DNA of 35,430 bases from Nitrospirota bacterium (GCA_016180645.1 JACPAV010000053.1:1-35430); one strand, 5' to 3'. Counted from the first letter of the stretch, positions 1 through 9,356 are shown. The notes: a model not told the origin generated them from the sequence alone. Numbers and translations: made by a program.

Positions 1-1
1 A

Positions 2-1330
2 GGCAACGTACTCGGTGTGTTCGCCGCGGCCCGCGACGTGACCGCGCAGAAGCAGGCTTCGCAGTACGCCCGCAGTCTCATCGAAGCGAGCCTCGACCCT
101 CTCGTGACGATCAGCCCGGAAGGCAAGATCACGGATGTGAACGAAGCCACCATCAAGATCACGGGCGTCCCGCGCGACAGATTGGTCGGAACCGACTTCT
201 CCAACTACTTCACGGAGCCTGAGAAGGCGCGCGAGGGCTATCAGCAGGTGTTCGCCAAGGGGTTCGTCACCAACTACCCTCTGACCATCCGTCAAAAGGA
301 CGGCCGTCTCACCGACGTCCTCTACAACGCGTCCGTTTACAAGGACGCGCGAGGCAACGTGCTCGGCGTCTTCGCGGCGGCCCGGGACGTCACCGAATCC
401 AAGCGGGTCATGAAGGAGTTTTCCGAAACGAAGAACCTCCTCGACAACATCCTGCAAAGCTCCATCAAGTACTCCATTATTGGAAAAGATCTCAACCACC
501 GCATCCTTTCATGGAACGAGGGGGCGCAGAGGAACTACGGCTATTCGGCGGATGAGATTCTCGGCAAGAACTCGGAGATTCTCCACGCGCCGGAGGACGT
601 CAAGTCCGGCGCCGTCAAACGCCTGCTGGATAACGCCTATGAGAAGGGTTTGGCCGAGGGAGAGTTCGAACGCGTCCGAAGGGACGGCGCCCGCTTCGCC
701 GCAAGCGTCGTCGTCACCCGCCGCAACGACGCGTCGGGCAATCCGGTCGGCTACCTGCTCATGTCGAGCGACATCTCGGAAAAGAGGAAGGCCGAGGCAC
801 AACTGCGCTTCGCCTCGCAGTATTCGAGGAGTCTCATTGAGGCCAGCCTGGACCCGCTCGTCACCATCAGTCCCGAAGGCAAGATCACGGATGTCAACGA
901 GGCCACCATCAAGATCACGGGCGTCCCCCGGGAGGAACTGATCGGGACGGACTTTTCCAACTATTTCACCGAACCCGAACGGGCCCGCGAGGGCTACCAG
1001 CAGGTGTTTGCCAAGGGCTCCGTCACCGACTACCCGCTCACGATCCGGCACAGGAATCACCGATTGACCGAAGTCTTGTACAACGCGTCGGTCTACAAGG
1101 ACGCGCAGGGCAACGTGCTCGGCGTGTTCGCCGCGGCCCGCGACGTGACCGTGCAGAAGAGGGCCGAGGTGGAGATCGCGGAACAGAGGGGCAAGGAACT
1201 GGAGCGCCTGGCGGAATTGGAGCGGTTTCAGAAGCTCACCGTGGGCCGCGAGCTCAAGATGATCGAGCTCAAGAAGGAGATCGAGGAACTGAAAAACAGG
1301 CCGGGGAGCCGGGGAGCGGCCGGAGCGTGA
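2..1330 (+). CDS. Multi-PAS sensor protein without kinase domain (5' end outside window)
   Basis: Frame is open from base 2 (GNVLGVFAAARDVT, the end of an upstream PAS copy). Two near-identical PAS/PAC modules (SLIEASLDPLVTISPEGKITDVN...AARDVT) flank a different PAS module. Ends in the helix ELERFQKLTVGRELKMIELKKEIEELK; no H-box or HATPase. Confidence 0.88.
   Translation, partial: GNVLGVFAAARDVTAQKQASQYARSLIEASLDPLVTISPEGKITDVNEATIKITGVPRDRLVGTDFSNYFTEPEKAREGYQQVFAKGFVTNYPLTIRQKDGRLTDVLYNASVYKDARGNVLGVFAAARDVTESKRVMKEFSETKNLLDNILQSSIKYSIIGKDLNHRILSWNEGAQRNYGYSADEILGKNSEILHAPEDVKSGAVKRLLDNAYEKGLAEGEFERVRRDGARFAASVVVTRRNDASGNPVGYLLMSSDISEKRKAEAQLRFASQYSRSLIEASLDPLVTISPEGKITDVNEATIKITGVPREELIGTDFSNYFTEPERAREGYQQVFAKGSVTDYPLTIRHRNHRLTEVLYNASVYKDAQGNVLGVFAAARDVTVQKRAEVEIAEQRGKELERLAELERFQKLTVGRELKMIELKKEIEELKNRPGSRGAAGA
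56..1150 (+). repeat. Intragenic duplication of a PAS module (56-394 and 812-1150)
   Basis: Two highly similar 113-codon segments exactly 756 nt apart; the tail of a third copy occupies bases 2-43. Confidence 0.9.
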
Positions 1331-2448
1331 GCGGAGACCGGGGGCAGGATGACGCGCGCAGCACGACGAGCGCCATTCTCAACATCCTGGAGGACGCCGC
1401 GGGTGAGAAGGCGCACGTTGAGGCCACGCAAAAAGCGGTCCTGAACATCCTCGAGGATTCCGCCGAGGAAAAGGCCCGCCTGGCGGACACGCACCGCGCG
1501 GCGCTCAACATCCTTGAAGATGCCGCGGGGGAAAGAGCGCGCGTGGAGGGGACGCAGAAGGCGGTCTTGAACATTCTGGATGACTTCGCCGAAGAGAAGG
1601 CCCGGCTCGCCGATACGCAGCGCGCGGCGCTCAACATTCTCGAGGACTTCGACATTGAGAAGAACAAGGTCGAGAGCGTCAACGTCGAGCTTCGAAACGA
1701 GATCGCCGAGCGCACTCGGGCGGAGGAGGCCCTGCGCATCGCCAACACCGCGGTCGAGAGGGCCAACAAAGAACTCGAAGCCTTCAGCTACTCCGTATCC
1801 CACGATCTGAGGGCTCCGCTCCGGCACGTGGACGGCTTCGTGAACCTCCTGACGAAAAGCGTGGCGCCGCAACTCGATGAGAAACACCGACGCTGGCTGG
1901 ACATGGTGTCCGAGTCCGCGAAGCAGATGGGCCGCTTGATCGACGACCTTCTGGTATTTTCGCGCATGGGCCGGTCGGAGCTGAAAACCGAACGGGTCGA
2001 TTCGGAACGCCTCGTCGGGGAAGTCGTCCGCGATCTGGGCGAGCAGGAGACCGGACGCTCGATCGAGTGGGAAATCGGCGCCCTGCCGCCGGTCCCCGGA
2101 GATCCTCCCATGTTGAGACTGGTCTGGGTCAATCTGATCTCCAACGCCTTGAAGTACACCCGGCCGAAATCGCCCGCCCGGATCGAAATCAGCTCCCGCG
2201 CGGAAGGCAGCGAGGTCATCTTTTGCGTCCGCGACAACGGGGTCGGCTTCGACATGCAGTATGTCCACCGGCTCTTCGGCGTTTTCCAGCGGCTGCACGG
2301 CGCGACGGAGTTCGAAGGAACCGGCATCGGCCTGGCGAACGTCCGCCGGATCGTGAGCCGCCACGGCGGGCGCACCTGGGCCGAATCCACCCCCGGCGAA
2401 GGGGCGATCTTCTATTTTTCACTTCCCAACGGAAAGGAAGGATCATGA
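1327..2448 (+). CDS. Cytoplasmic histidine kinase (Cph1-like HisKA/HATPase) with N-terminal 21-aa repeats
   Basis: H-box SHDLRAPLRH, N-box NLISNALKY, G1 DNGVGF, F-box LFGVFQRLH, G2 GTGIGL. GTGA overlap with the upstream stop. Confidence 0.93.
   Translation: MSGDRGQDDARSTTSAILNILEDAAGEKAHVEATQKAVLNILEDSAEEKARLADTHRAALNILEDAAGERARVEGTQKAVLNILDDFAEEKARLADTQRAALNILEDFDIEKNKVESVNVELRNEIAERTRAEEALRIANTAVERANKELEAFSYSVSHDLRAPLRHVDGFVNLLTKSVAPQLDEKHRRWLDMVSESAKQMGRLIDDLLVFSRMGRSELKTERVDSERLVGEVVRDLGEQETGRSIEWEIGALPPVPGDPPMLRLVWVNLISNALKYTRPKSPARIEISSRAEGSEVIFCVRDNGVGFDMQYVHRLFGVFQRLHGATEFEGTGIGLANVRRIVSRHGGRTWAESTPGEGAIFYFSLPNGKEGS
1372..1686 (+). repeat. Five tandem 63-nt (21-aa) repeats with core AxLNIL[E/D]D
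   Basis: AILNILEDAAGEKAHVEATQK / AVLNILEDSAEEKARLADTHR / AALNILEDAAGERARVEGTQK / AVLNILDDFAEEKARLADTQR / AALNILEDFDIEK. Alternate units match best, giving a 42-aa higher-order unit. Confidence 0.9.
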
Positions 2449-2900
2449 ACCAACTCAAACGGATTCTATTGGCTGAGGACAACCCGAAAGATGTTGAACT
2501 GACGCTGGCCGCGCTGGAAGAAAACCACCTTGCGAATGAAGTTCTGGTGGTGAACGACGGCGCGCAGGCATTGGACTTCCTGTATCGCCGCGGCGCTTTC
2601 AAGCTCCGCGCGCCGGAGAATCCCGCCGTGGTATTGCTGGATCTCAAAATGCCGAAGGTGGATGGCCTGGACGTGTTGCGGAAAGTGAAGGCGGATGACA
2701 CCCTCAAGATGATCCCCATCGTGATGCTTACGTCCTCGAGGGAGGAGAAGGACCTGGTGGAGAGCTACCAATTGGGCGTCAACGCCTATGTGGTCAAGCC
2801 GGTCGATTTCCAGCAATTCGTCGATGCCGTGAAACAGCTCGGAGTCTTTTGGGGACTCATCAATGAGCCACCCATCGGAAGCGTCCGGCGCGTGAGGTAG
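2445..2900 (+). CDS. Single-domain response regulator, Rcp1-like
   Basis: ATG at 2445 overlaps the kinase stop (ATGA) after GGAAAGGAAG. Motifs ILLAEDN, LLDLKMP, MLTSS, YVVKP and FW near the C-terminus. Confidence 0.93.
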   Translation: MNQLKRILLAEDNPKDVELTLAALEENHLANEVLVVNDGAQALDFLYRRGAFKLRAPENPAVVLLDLKMPKVDGLDVLRKVKADDTLKMIPIVMLTSSREEKDLVESYQLGVNAYVVKPVDFQQFVDAVKQLGVFWGLINEPPIGSVRRVR

Positions 2901-2902
2901 GT

Positions 2903-4465
2903 ATGGCTGCGGGGGGAGCAGCGTTGAAGATCCTCCACCTGGAGGACAACCCCGGCGACGCGGAGTTGGTGCGCGCATTTCTTCACGAGGACGGCATCGT
3001 GTGCGAAATCATTCGCGTGGAGTCCTTGACCGAATTCGAGAAGATTCTTCGAGAGAATGGCGTGGATCTGATCGTCTCGGATTTCACGCTTCCGACGACG
3101 GACGGCCTGTCCGCCCTCTCCGTGGCGCGCAAGGTGCGGCCCGAAGTGCCGTTCATTTTCCTTTCCGGAACCATCGGTGAGGAACGGGCGGCGGAGGCGG
3201 TCCGAATGGGCGCGACAGACTACATCCTCAAGGATCGGCCGCTCCGATTGGTCACCGCCGTGCGAAGGGCCCTCCGGGAATCGAAGGAAAACAAGAGGAG
3301 CGGGAGCCTGGAGGCCCAACTCCGGCTTTCCCAGCGGATGGAGGTGGTGGGCCGACTCGCGGGCGGCGTGGCGCACGATTTCAACAATTTGCTGACCGTC
3401 ATATCGGGTCGTTCCGAGATCGTTTTCAGCGAACTGGGGCCGACGCATCCGTGCTCCGAAGATCTCTCCGAGGTCCTGGAGGCGGCATCCAGGGCCGCGA
3501 GTTTGACTCGACAACTCCTCGCCTTCAGCCGTCAGCAGGTTCTCCAACCGAGAATTCTGGACCTGAATGCGTTGATCCGCGACCTGACCCGGATGCTCCG
3601 CCGGCTGATCGGGGAGGACCTCGAACTCACGACGCACCTGGCTCCCGGCGTCCTACCCGTGAAGGCGGACCCCGGGCAGTTGGAACAGGTCATCATGAAT
3701 CTGGCGGTCAACGCCCGGGACGCCATGCCGGATGGCGGGCGGTTGTCCGTCGAGACGCTCATCGAAGACCTGGGGGAAGAGTACGCCCGCCGCAATCTGG
3801 ACATGAAGCCGGGACGATACGTGAGCCTGTCCATCGGCGACACCGGGGAGGGGATAGCCGCGGAGAATCTCCCTTTCATCTTCGAGCCGTTCTTCACGAC
3901 GAAGGAGCCGGGGAAGGGCACGGGACTCGGCTTGGCGATGGTCTATGGGATCGTCAAACAAAGCGGCGGCCACATCAACGTCTCGAGCGAACCGGGGCGA
4001 GGGAGTCTTTTCCGCATTCATCTTCCCGGCATCGAGGAGGCCCCTGAGGAAGTTCAACCTGCGGGCGGCGCGCGTTCAGTTCCGGGAGGGTCCGAGACGG
4101 TTTTGCTGGTGGAGGACGACGAAATGGTCCGCGCCGTGACGGCGCGGATGCTGCGGAAGATCGGGTATGTCGTCCTGGAGGCGCCGCATCCGATGCTGGC
4201 GCTCCAAGCCGCGGAAAATCACCCAGGTGATATTCATCTTGTTGTATCCGACATTGTCATGCCGGTGATTGACGGCTGGGAATTTGTGCGCCGGCTGCGG
4301 GTGGCCCGTCCCCTGGTGAAAGCCCTCATGATGTCCGGCTACCCGGGTCGTGGCTTTCCATCCGCCCAGATGGATTTTCCCAGCGTGGTCTATCTCCCCA
4401 AGCCGTTTTCGGCCGAAGTGCTGGCGGTGAAGGTCAGAGAGGCCCTGGACGGAAATAATAGGTGA
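2903..4465 (+). CDS. Hybrid histidine kinase REC-HisKA-HATPase-REC
   Basis: N-terminal REC (LEDN, SDFTLP), H-box [29 protein letters not shown]-terminal REC (VEDD, SDIVMP, KPF). Confidence 0.93.
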   Translation: MAAGGAALKILHLEDNPGDAELVRAFLHEDGIVCEIIRVESLTEFEKILRENGVDLIVSDFTLPTTDGLSALSVARKVRPEVPFIFLSGTIGEERAAEAVRMGATDYILKDRPLRLVTAVRRALRESKENKRSGSLEAQLRLSQRMEVVGRLAGGVAHDFNNLLTVISGRSEIVFSELGPTHPCSEDLSEVLEAASRAASLTRQLLAFSRQQVLQPRILDLNALIRDLTRMLRRLIGEDLELTTHLAPGVLPVKADPGQLEQVIMNLAVNARDAMPDGGRLSVETLIEDLGEEYARRNLDMKPGRYVSLSIGDTGEGIAAENLPFIFEPFFTTKEPGKGTGLGLAMVYGIVKQSGGHINVSSEPGRGSLFRIHLPGIEEAPEEVQPAGGARSVPGGSETVLLVEDDEMVRAVTARMLRKIGYVVLEAPHPMLALQAAENHPGDIHLVVSDIVMPVIDGWEFVRRLRVARPLVKALMMSGYPGRGFPSAQMDFPSVVYLPKPFSAEVLAVKVREALDGNNR

Positions 4466-4514
4466 CAGTATACTCTATTAAGGCTTGCAACGGCAATAAT
4501 AGTATACTGTCACC
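4461..4514. repeat. AT-rich 14-bp inverted repeat between convergent genes (possible bidirectional terminator or REP-like element)
   Basis: GGTGACAGTATACT (4461-4474) and AGTATACTGTCACC (4501-4514). The left arm supplies the TGA stop of the hybrid kinase. Confidence 0.7.
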
Positions 4515-4520
4515 GATTAT

Positions 4521-5192
4521 TCACGCGCCGGCGAGGGCTTGGCGCATTTTCTTGATCGTGTCCTTGTATGGCTTATTCTTGAAGACGCCGGCGCCTGAGA
4601 CGAAGACATTTGCCCCGGCGGAAGCCACTTGGGCGATGTTCTCCAGCTTCACGCCGCCGTCCACCTCAATGTCGAGGGCGGGATTCCGCTTGTCGGCGAT
4701 TTCCCGGAGCCGCTGGATCTTCGGCAATACGGCCGAGATGAACGCCTGACCGTAGAATCCTGGATTCACGCTCATCATGTTCACAAGATCGATGTCCGGC
4801 AGGATCTCGGAAACGGCCTCAATGGGGGTCGCGGGGTTGACGGCCACGCCGGCCTTCGCGCCGAGTTTCTTGATCTCCTGAATCAGCCGGTGGAGATGGG
4901 TCACGGCTTCGACGTGAACCGTGAGGATGGCCGCTCCCGCCTGGATGTAGTCCTTGAAAGAAACCTCGGCGTTGCTGATCATAAGGTGGACGTCGAGGGG
5001 AAGGGCGGTCGCCTTCTTAATGAAGGCCGTAATCTCCGGCCCCAGGGTCAAATTGGGTACGAAGTGGCCGTCCATGACGTCGACGTGGATGTAGTCCGCC
5101 CCGCCTTCCGAGACTTCCCGGATTTCATCTCCGAGATGGAGATAGTCGGCGGCGATCAGGGAGGGAGAGATCTTCCAGTTGTTCTTAGTCAT
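4521..5192 (-). CDS. rpe: Ribulose-phosphate 3-epimerase
   Basis: HVDVMDGHFVPNLT, DVHLM, MSVNPGF and EVDGG motifs. Confidence 0.97.
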   Translation of the reverse strand: MTKNNWKISPSLIAADYLHLGDEIREVSEGGADYIHVDVMDGHFVPNLTLGPEITAFIKKATALPLDVHLMISNAEVSFKDYIQAGAAILTVHVEAVTHLHRLIQEIKKLGAKAGVAVNPATPIEAVSEILPDIDLVNMMSVNPGFYGQAFISAVLPKIQRLREIADKRNPALDIEVDGGVKLENIAQVASAGANVFVSGAGVFKNKPYKDTIKKMRQALAGA

Positions 5193-6148
5193 TGGAACCT
5201 CGCAGACTTCTTAAGTCGATAGCCGTTGACGAACTCGGCGGCGGTCATTCTTTTTTTGCTCTCGGGCTGGATTTCGTGGATGACCAGCGTGCCTCGGCCG
5301 CAGGCGACCTCAATACCGGAGGGGCCGGCGCCGACGACGGTTCCGGGATCCGCTTGAACGTTGTGCGCCCGCGTCGTGGCCGAGAGAATCTTGAGTAATT
5401 TTCTATCGAGGTGTGTATGGGTTCCGGGCCAGGGCTGGAAGGCTCGGAGCCTTCGCTCAATCTTCGGAGCCTCGTCTTTCCAGGCGATCAGGGCGTCTTC
5501 CTTGCTGATCTTCGGGGCGGATGTGGCTCGAGCGTCATCCTGTTCGGAGGGCCTGATGCTCCCCGCCGCGAATGGGTCGATCGTGCCCGCCAGAAGTTCG
5601 GAGCCGAGCCGGGCGAGGCGATCGTGCAAGGCGGGCGCCTCCTCGGCATCCTTCACCTCCACCCTGCGCTGGGCGAGAATCGGGCCGTGGTCCACCAGGC
5701 GATCCATCAGGAAGGCCGTCACGCCGGTTTCGGCGTCGCCGTTCAGGATCGTCCACTGGATGGGCGCCGCCCCGCGGTATTTTGGGAGGAGCGAAGGGTG
5801 GAGATTGATGAACCCCAGTGGGGGGAGGCGGAGAAGGGCGTCCGGAAGGATCTTCCCATACGAGGCGACGACGCCGAGGGCCGGGCTGAGCCGCGCGATG
5901 AGTCCGATGAAATCGGGATCTTTGAGTTTGTCCGGCTGGAAAAGCGGCAGTCCGAGCTTTTCCGCGCGGGTCTTCACGGGGGAAGGCGCAGATTTCATTC
6001 CGCGGCCCTGGGGCTGGTCCGGAGTGGTGACGACCGCGACCACGCGATGGGGGCCCCTCGCAAGGGATTCAAGCGTGGGAATGGAGAATTCACTGCTCCC
6101 CATGTACAGGATGCGGAGCGGGGGGCTGCCGGGGATCACAGAGCTCAT
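5189..6148 (-). CDS. fmt: Methionyl-tRNA formyltransferase
   Basis: INLHPSLLPKYRGAAPIQ and PWPG motifs. Start placed at ATG 6148, which overlaps the def stop (ATGA). Confidence 0.96.
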   Translation of the reverse strand: MSSVIPGSPPLRILYMGSSEFSIPTLESLARGPHRVVAVVTTPDQPQGRGMKSAPSPVKTRAEKLGLPLFQPDKLKDPDFIGLIARLSPALGVVASYGKILPDALLRLPPLGFINLHPSLLPKYRGAAPIQWTILNGDAETGVTAFLMDRLVDHGPILAQRRVEVKDAEEAPALHDRLARLGSELLAGTIDPFAAGSIRPSEQDDARATSAPKISKEDALIAWKDEAPKIERRLRAFQPWPGTHTHLDRKLLKILSATTRAHNVQADPGTVVGAGPSGIEVACGRGTLVIHEIQPESKKRMTAAEFVNGYRLKKSARFQ

Positions 6149-6705
6149 AGTCGCGCACCTTCGTGATCTTCGAGCAGGAGCCGCCGCTGCTCGGGAGTGC
6201 CGTAGAACTCCTCCTGCCACTTCCGGAGGCGGCGATCGTAGAGGTCTCGCACGCTCTTGGCTACCCGATCGATGAAGAGAACACCGTCCAGGTGATCCAT
6301 TTCATGCTGGATCGCGATGGCCTTCATGTCCTCGGCTTCGATTTCGACGGGACGGCCGTCCAGACCGAGGGTGCCCACCTTGACCCGGCTCGAACGGGTG
6401 ACCTTCGCGTTGAATCCCGGGAGGCTCAGGCATCCTTCCTCGTAGACGATGGACCCTTTCCTCGACCGGATCTCCGGGTTGATGAGGGCGACCGGCTCTT
6501 TCTCACCCTTCACCCACGAAACGTCGATCACCAAAACGCGCCGGAGGACGCCGATCTGCGGTGCGGCCAGTCCGACGCCGGAAAAGCGGTACATCGTGTC
6601 CGTCAAATCGCGTATGAGAGACCGGACGCTGTCGTCGACCTCGCGGACCGCCTCGGCCTTCTGCCTGAGTTGCGCATCCGGATAGTAAAGTACGTCTCGA
6701 ACCAT
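6145..6705 (-). CDS. def: Peptide deformylase
   Basis: GVGLAAPQIG, EGCLS and QHEMDHLDG motifs; adjacent to fmt. Confidence 0.97.
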   Translation of the reverse strand: MVRDVLYYPDAQLRQKAEAVREVDDSVRSLIRDLTDTMYRFSGVGLAAPQIGVLRRVLVIDVSWVKGEKEPVALINPEIRSRKGSIVYEEGCLSLPGFNAKVTRSSRVKVGTLGLDGRPVEIEAEDMKAIAIQHEMDHLDGVLFIDRVAKSVRDLYDRRLRKWQEEFYGTPEQRRLLLEDHEGARL

Positions 6706-6754
6706 GTGGGCTATCTTAGACCATCTGGAGGAATGAATCCCTATCGCGTAGCGA

Positions 6755-6888
6755 CCGCAGGCTAAAGCCTGCGCCTACCCCGGAGGAGTCTTCGGTAGCC
6801 GCGGGCCATGTTACATGCCGCACCATCCGTGGTGCGGCGACATATCATGGTCCCATACCCTCCGTGGCATGGGGCTTCAGCCCGCGTC
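6755..6888. repeat. Composite GTAG-type REP element, copy 1
   Basis: REP GTAGGCGCAGGCTTTAGCCTGCGG on the minus strand (6755-6778), followed by a 95-bp block (6794-6888) that is the exact reverse complement of 21201-21295. Confidence 0.85.
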
Positions 6889-6946
6889 TTGCTTGGAAAC
6901 ACGCGATGCCACTTGGGAGCTGGACCCTCATGCGGGTGATTCGGCG

Positions 6947-7213
6947 CTATCGCGTCGCGGTCTGGAGGACCGAGGCATACCAGAGAGTCACCACCCCTGC
7001 GACGAAAAGGGCCGGCGTGAGAATCCATCGAATGAGGTGAGTGGAGGGCCTCTTGACTCTGGGGTCGCTCAGCATCGAGAGGCGCACGAAGGCTTCGGGA
7101 CGAAGGAGGAGGAACAGTCCCGCGGCCAGGGAGAGGCAGCCGGCGAGCCAGAGGAACCAGGGTCGGAGGACAATCGGCGGCCAGAGAGCGCGGAAGAAGA
7201 CTTCCATCTGCAC
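6947..7213 (-). CDS. Small hypothetical membrane protein
   Basis: 88 aa with two hydrophobic segments; fills the gap divergent from the glycosyltransferase. Confidence 0.55.
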   Translation of the reverse strand: MQMEVFFRALWPPIVLRPWFLWLAGCLSLAAGLFLLLRPEAFVRLSMLSDPRVKRPSTHLIRWILTPALFVAGVVTLWYASVLQTATR

Positions 7214-7261
7214 GGAAGTCTACACAATCGGATTTTGGCTGGCTATTCGGAAGTGGACCGG

Positions 7262-7267
7262 TAGAAT
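7262..7267 (+). promoter_or_regulatory. Putative sigma70 -10 box just upstream of the glycosyltransferase start
   Basis: TAGAAT ends 6 nt before GTG 7274; no Shine-Dalgarno in between. Confidence 0.4.
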
Positions 7268-7273
7268 GCCGAC

Positions 7274-8566
7274 GTGAGATTCCTGTTCTGTGTCCCCGGT
7301 CCGGCTGGACACTTCTTCCCGACGGTTCCCGTTGCGCTCAAGCTCAAGGAGTGGGGTCACCACGTCGCATTCGTGAGCGAGGCGGATCTCGGCGTGGTCG
7401 AGACGGTGAAGCAGTTGGGCCTGCCGGCGTATCTTTCGGGCCCGGCCGTCCGGTACAAGGATTGGCCCCGGCTCCATCCGGGGTTCTGCAGGAAGCGCGG
7501 ACTCGTCCAGACGCACTACATGATCAAACGCGTGGTGGGTCCTTTGATCGGGGAAATGGCCGAGGGCACGCTGCGGGCCATAGACGCGTTTTCGCCGAAC
7601 GCCGTGGTGGTGGATACGATCGCCTTCGGGAGCGCCATCGCCGCGGAGCGGTCGGGCCTGCCCTGGGCGACCAGCGGGCTCTTCCTCACCCTGGTTGAGG
7701 GTCGTGGATCCACACCGCCCGGGCTGGGACTCGGCCCGCCGAACGAGTGGTGGCAATTCTGGATGAACCGCTTCATCTGGTGGGGAGGGAAACTGTTTTC
7801 CCGGCAGTACGATTCGGTGTTCAACAATCCTCGACGCCGCCTGGGACTTCCGAATCTGCCGCACGGATTTTTCTCGACGACCTTCTCGCCTTATCTTTAT
7901 CTCGCGTTCTCGACATTGGACTTTGAGTATCCGCGCTCCGATTTTCCTCCGCATCTCCACTTCGTAGGCCCAAGTCTGTGGGACCATCCTGTCGGACGTC
8001 CGCGTCCGGACTGGCTGGACCGGCTGGACGCAGGAAAACCGGTGGTCTATGTAACCCAGGGAACCGCCGTCGGTCCCATGCGAGAGGAGTTTTTCGACCT
8101 GGCGATGGACGCCTTGAAGAAGGAATCGGTGCACGTGATCGTGACCACGGGCGACGCCGTGGATCACTCCCGGCTGACGGCCCCGCCGGGGAATGCCATT
8201 CTTCAACATTTCGTACCCCACAGCTATTTTCTGGATCGCGTTTCCGCAATGGTACACCACGGCGGATTCTCCACTTGCATGGGCGGGCTCCGGCACGGGG
8301 TGCCGATGGTGATGGTGCCCTTTAATTGGGACCAGCCGGACAACGCGCGGCGCGTCGAGGAACTGGGCGCGGGGGTCATGTTGCGGCCGGCGCTCGTCAC
8401 GAAAGGCCGATTGAGGGGCTGGGTACGGCGGATTCTTGAGGACGGGCGATACCGGGATCAGGCGCGGCGATTCGGCGCGGGTCTTCAGGGAAACTCAGGT
8501 GCGGAGGGCGCCGCCGCGCTTCTGGTGAAGCTGGCCGAGACGAAGCAGCCGGTCCTCAGAAACTGA
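7274..8566 (+). CDS. GT1/MGT-family (UDP-sugar) glycosyltransferase
   Basis: N-terminal GHFFP, VYVTQGT, and PSPG-like box FVPHSYFL...HHGGFST...GVPMV...DQPDNA. Confidence 0.92.
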   Translation: MRFLFCVPGPAGHFFPTVPVALKLKEWGHHVAFVSEADLGVVETVKQLGLPAYLSGPAVRYKDWPRLHPGFCRKRGLVQTHYMIKRVVGPLIGEMAEGTLRAIDAFSPNAVVVDTIAFGSAIAAERSGLPWATSGLFLTLVEGRGSTPPGLGLGPPNEWWQFWMNRFIWWGGKLFSRQYDSVFNNPRRRLGLPNLPHGFFSTTFSPYLYLAFSTLDFEYPRSDFPPHLHFVGPSLWDHPVGRPRPDWLDRLDAGKPVVYVTQGTAVGPMREEFFDLAMDALKKESVHVIVTTGDAVDHSRLTAPPGNAILQHFVPHSYFLDRVSAMVHHGGFSTCMGGLRHGVPMVMVPFNWDQPDNARRVEELGAGVMLRPALVTKGRLRGWVRRILEDGRYRDQARRFGAGLQGNSGAEGAAALLVKLAETKQPVLRN

Positions 8567-8588
8567 ATGAAGAATGTGGTGAAGTGAC

Positions 8589-8655
8589 CATCGAGTCATG
8601 TAGTCATCGACTTTCCGGGCGGTGATTCCATGATTACATGGTTACATGATTACAT
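8589..8655. repeat. Octamer (CATG-based) short repeats, left locus
   Basis: CATCGAGT CATGTAGT CATCGACT, then CATGATTA CATGGTTA CATGATTA CAT; the two halves are roughly inverted relative to each other. Confidence 0.65.
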
Positions 8656-8658
8656 CCC

Positions 8659-9354
8659 TCATTTGCTCAATGACTCCAGTGGTACATCAAGTAGATCGTA
8701 CCGTCCTTTCTCCTCATCGTCGAAGTGCCACCATTCGGTCCGGATGGTGGTGAAGCCGGCATTGAGCATCGCTTTCTTGAGAACTTCGCGGTTTTGCCTT
8801 ACAGCTTCAGGAAGATCCGCGTATTCCGCCTGGGCTTTCTCTGAGAAATCGTCGTGATCCGTCGGCATCGGGACGTCGGCGCCGCTGAGGTCCGTCAATG
8901 TGATGTCGACCGCTGCGCCACGGTTATGGTTTGAGCCTTTCTTCGGGTCCGCGACGAAGTCCGGATTCGGAACGATCTCCCACATCTTGTATTGGATGGA
9001 CCGCGGCCGGTAGCAGTCCCACACTTTGAGGCGAAAGCCTTGCGCATGCAAAGTCTTCGCGACCGCGACCAGTCGTTCCGCGGTTTTCTCGCGCAGGAGG
9101 CATCGATTCGCCGGGTAGACGGCTTTGTGAAACAGATTGCGGTCCCCCGCGTACCGCATGTGGACGACGAGGGAGGGTACCACGCGAGATACATCGACGA
9201 GATTGGGTTTCGCCGTCGCATCGGGGTCGCTTCCGCGGCGGGTGGCGGCTTTTGGACCACCGCCTAGAAGCATTCCGAAGGTGCAGGAACTGAGCGTGAG
9301 ACAAACAGACAGGACGATCCAAGCCCGGAGAGGCGGGGCGGCCGATCGCAGCAT
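8659..9354 (-). CDS. ddpX: D-Ala-D-Ala dipeptidase (M15, VanX/DdpX family), predicted lipoprotein
   Basis: DCYRP, SNHNRGAAVD (SxHxxGxAxD) and EWWHF motifs; lipobox-like LSSC after a hydrophobic stretch. Confidence 0.88.
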   Translation of the reverse strand: MLRSAAPPLRAWIVLSVCLTLSSCTFGMLLGGGPKAATRRGSDPDATAKPNLVDVSRVVPSLVVHMRYAGDRNLFHKAVYPANRCLLREKTAERLVAVAKTLHAQGFRLKVWDCYRPRSIQYKMWEIVPNPDFVADPKKGSNHNRGAAVDITLTDLSGADVPMPTDHDDFSEKAQAEYADLPEAVRQNREVLKKAMLNAGFTTIRTEWWHFDDEEKGRYDLLDVPLESLSK

Positions 9355-9356
9355 GC

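Noticed and set aside
1214-1400. PAS gene and kinase as one frameshifted pseudogene
   Set aside because: The PAS protein has a coherent terminal helix, and the junction is a standard GTGA overlap preceded by GGAG-containing sequence. Not fully excluded without reads.
6762-7028. ORFs sharing the peptide RAEAPCHGGYGTMICRRTTDGAACNMARGY (also in 21058-21414)
   Set aside because: This is translation of the 95-bp DNA repeat, not a protein family.
8659-9354. Vancomycin resistance locus
   Set aside because: Only a VanX/DdpX-family peptidase is present; no vanH, vanA, vanR or vanS.
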